A stretch of 64,000 bases of DNA, taken from the NCBI RefSeq assembly GCF_009914755.1, contig NC_060942.1; one strand, written 5' to 3'. Source of the DNA: the human T2T-CHM13v2.0 reference genome, Homo sapiens. The translations under genes were made by a program, and so were the position numbers. How positions within the stretch are numbered: position 1 is the first letter of the stretch; the number at the start of each line of letters is the position of its first letter. Below, piece by piece: positions 62,222 through 64,000 of this stretch. The notes beneath the pieces were generated by a model that did no database searches, had not been told where the DNA came from, and saw nothing but the letters and a program-made list of their open reading frames with translations.

Positions 62222-62450
62222 TAGTGGCCAACACAATTCCAGGTGCCTGGTAATGCTTCCCTTCTGCCCCTTCAGGGACAGAAGTTCTAGAAAGAAGCAA
62301 TAGGTCTAGTGAGAAGCAACTCATCCCAACTCTATTAGAGTTGACTTAGAGGCCCAGGCCAATTTAGTTGGTGGGACAGTAAGTGTTTTAGAAGTAGACT
62401 TGGGTTCAGATCATGGCTCCATTACACCCCAGCTGTATGATTCTGGGAAG

Positions 62451-62856
62451 TGTTGTGCTGGACCCCTGTTGATTCCAATAGGGATGGTGCCCTGTCCGAG
62501 AGGCTGAAGAAGAGATCCAGAGCTAGTAGACCAGACTGTTGATTGAGGACCCACATACGGGGCAGTCCAGGAACGGGGGGCTAGACATGAGAACTGCTAT
62601 TGTTTGAAAAAGCATGCAGTTTATATGGCAATTTTCACTTCCCACCCTCCATCTATCAACCTCTGTTTAAACCAAAACAAAGGCTTCAATCCCCTGTACA
62701 CCTGTGTTCCAAGGAATGGACCAGGGGTTCGGATGTCCCTCATAGATAAGGAGTGAGTCTCTGGGTTGGCCACTCCCAGACACACATTCTTCTTAGACCA
62801 CAGGGTCATTCTCAGGGTGTGCTTAAGTTACTGCTGTCAGTTGCATCTGCCATACA
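62451..62856 (-). mobile_element. LTR47-like ERVL solo LTR inserted in a MIR
   Basis: The reverse complement starts tgtatggcagatgcaactgacagcagtaacttaagcacaccctgagaatgacc. 5-bp TSD GGAAG at 62446-62450 and 62857-62861. Confidence 0.7.
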
Positions 62857-64000
62857 GGAAGTCACTTAACCACCTTGACTGGTGCAGTCTTCACCTGCAA
62901 AGGAAACATGTACTTAACTTCCCAGGGGACAGAGGAAACCAAAGCAGATAAAAATACATAGAAACCATTGTGTGTAGTCGCTGGCATGGAATAAGAGCTC
63001 AACAAAGGTCCTTTCCCTTAGTCTCTTGCATTTCAGGACCACAAACTCTCCACCTGGAAGCCCCTGTCCTATCCTGCTGCACCCCTGCACCGCCCTGCTC
63101 ATCTGCCCTTCTCCACTCTTCTCTGGAAAACCCTCCTGCCTTAGCCCAGCTCCATTCTTTCCAGGGCTCCTTCTTAGAGGATGTGCTTTGGGAAGGAGCT
63201 CGTTAGTGCACTCAAACCAAGGGGTTCACAGTCCATGATTTAATATGAGGGGTTCCCTGGGGCACTTGGCTTTTCGCAGGGCTTAAGCTTTCAACCTGAG
63301 GATGAATCTTTAATGACAGTACTTCAACACTTGGGACAGAACCCTAGGGGATGGTGATGAGCAGTCGGTCTTCACTATGCACTTTGGACCCTGCACTGAG
63401 CCCCATGGCCTACTCTTCCTGGGCTAAGCATTGTGCTGGAGTGGACGGGACCATCAGCCTGAAACCATGAACACACCCAGTCACTGGGCAGAAATGAGAG
63501 GTGGCACACACTTCCGACCCAGCTGCTCAGAGGCGAAGTGATATTTCACGCCTGAAATGTTCATCTCATAAAACTCTTAAAATATGCTAATTAATGGTAA
63601 ACTGGGCAGATACTTTTCTGTTAAAGAACAGATTACAGCACTAAGTGACCCAGGGAGATCACATTCTAAAATGGATGCTCCAGACTAAGGTAACTTGATA
63701 CGCTGCCCTTTTGACCAGAATTTGCTGGGAAAGAAATAAACCATATCATCATATAGTTTGTGGTATGTGAAGGTGAAGTGCGTTAGTTTCAACAAAACAC
63801 TGAGGCACAGGCTCTCAAAATGAATTTTTGTATTGCTTCCTAGAGTGAAAAGTTGTTGGATAGATGTAGTTTGTATACTAAAATATTGAAATTTCTGGGG
63901 CATTTTGCTGTATTACAGAGACAAGTAAAATAGTAAAAACTGGAATGGTTTCAGAAACACTAGAACATATGGTACCCATCCTAGCAAAATTCATTGCCAA

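Overview
This is primate (almost certainly human) non-genic DNA made up largely of transposable elements. Two AluYa5-lineage insertions point to human. I recognise no cellular protein-coding gene, RNA gene or CRISPR array, and nearly all listed ORFs derive from Alu, L1 or LTR sequence. Main contents: (1) the 5' end of an L1PA5/6 on the minus strand (1-518); (2) an 11-kb nest in which a MER31/MER67-like LTR is split by a 5'-truncated MER41 endogenous-retrovirus copy that looks L1-retroposed, itself split by a near full-length L1PB carrying an AluYa5 (10549-21899); (3) a complete LTR2/Harlequin (HERV-E mosaic) provirus inserted into an Alu (24552-32271); (4) a truncated L1PA3 followed by about 1.8 kb of apparently 3'-transduced DNA inside one perfect 17-bp target-site duplication (TSD; 34054-36679); (5) a dense, multiply nested pile of ERV1/MaLR solo LTRs including an LTR12C (about 36.8-57 kb); (6) a GC-rich promoter-like segment near 60.2-61.1 kb. 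I found no convincing new biological system. The best leads are the L1 3' transduction, the processed-pseudogene-like MER41 copy, a roughly 93-nt fold-back inside MER21, a trimeric Alu and a 171-bp tandem duplication. Subfamily names come from recalled consensus sequences and need Dfam/RepeatMasker confirmation.
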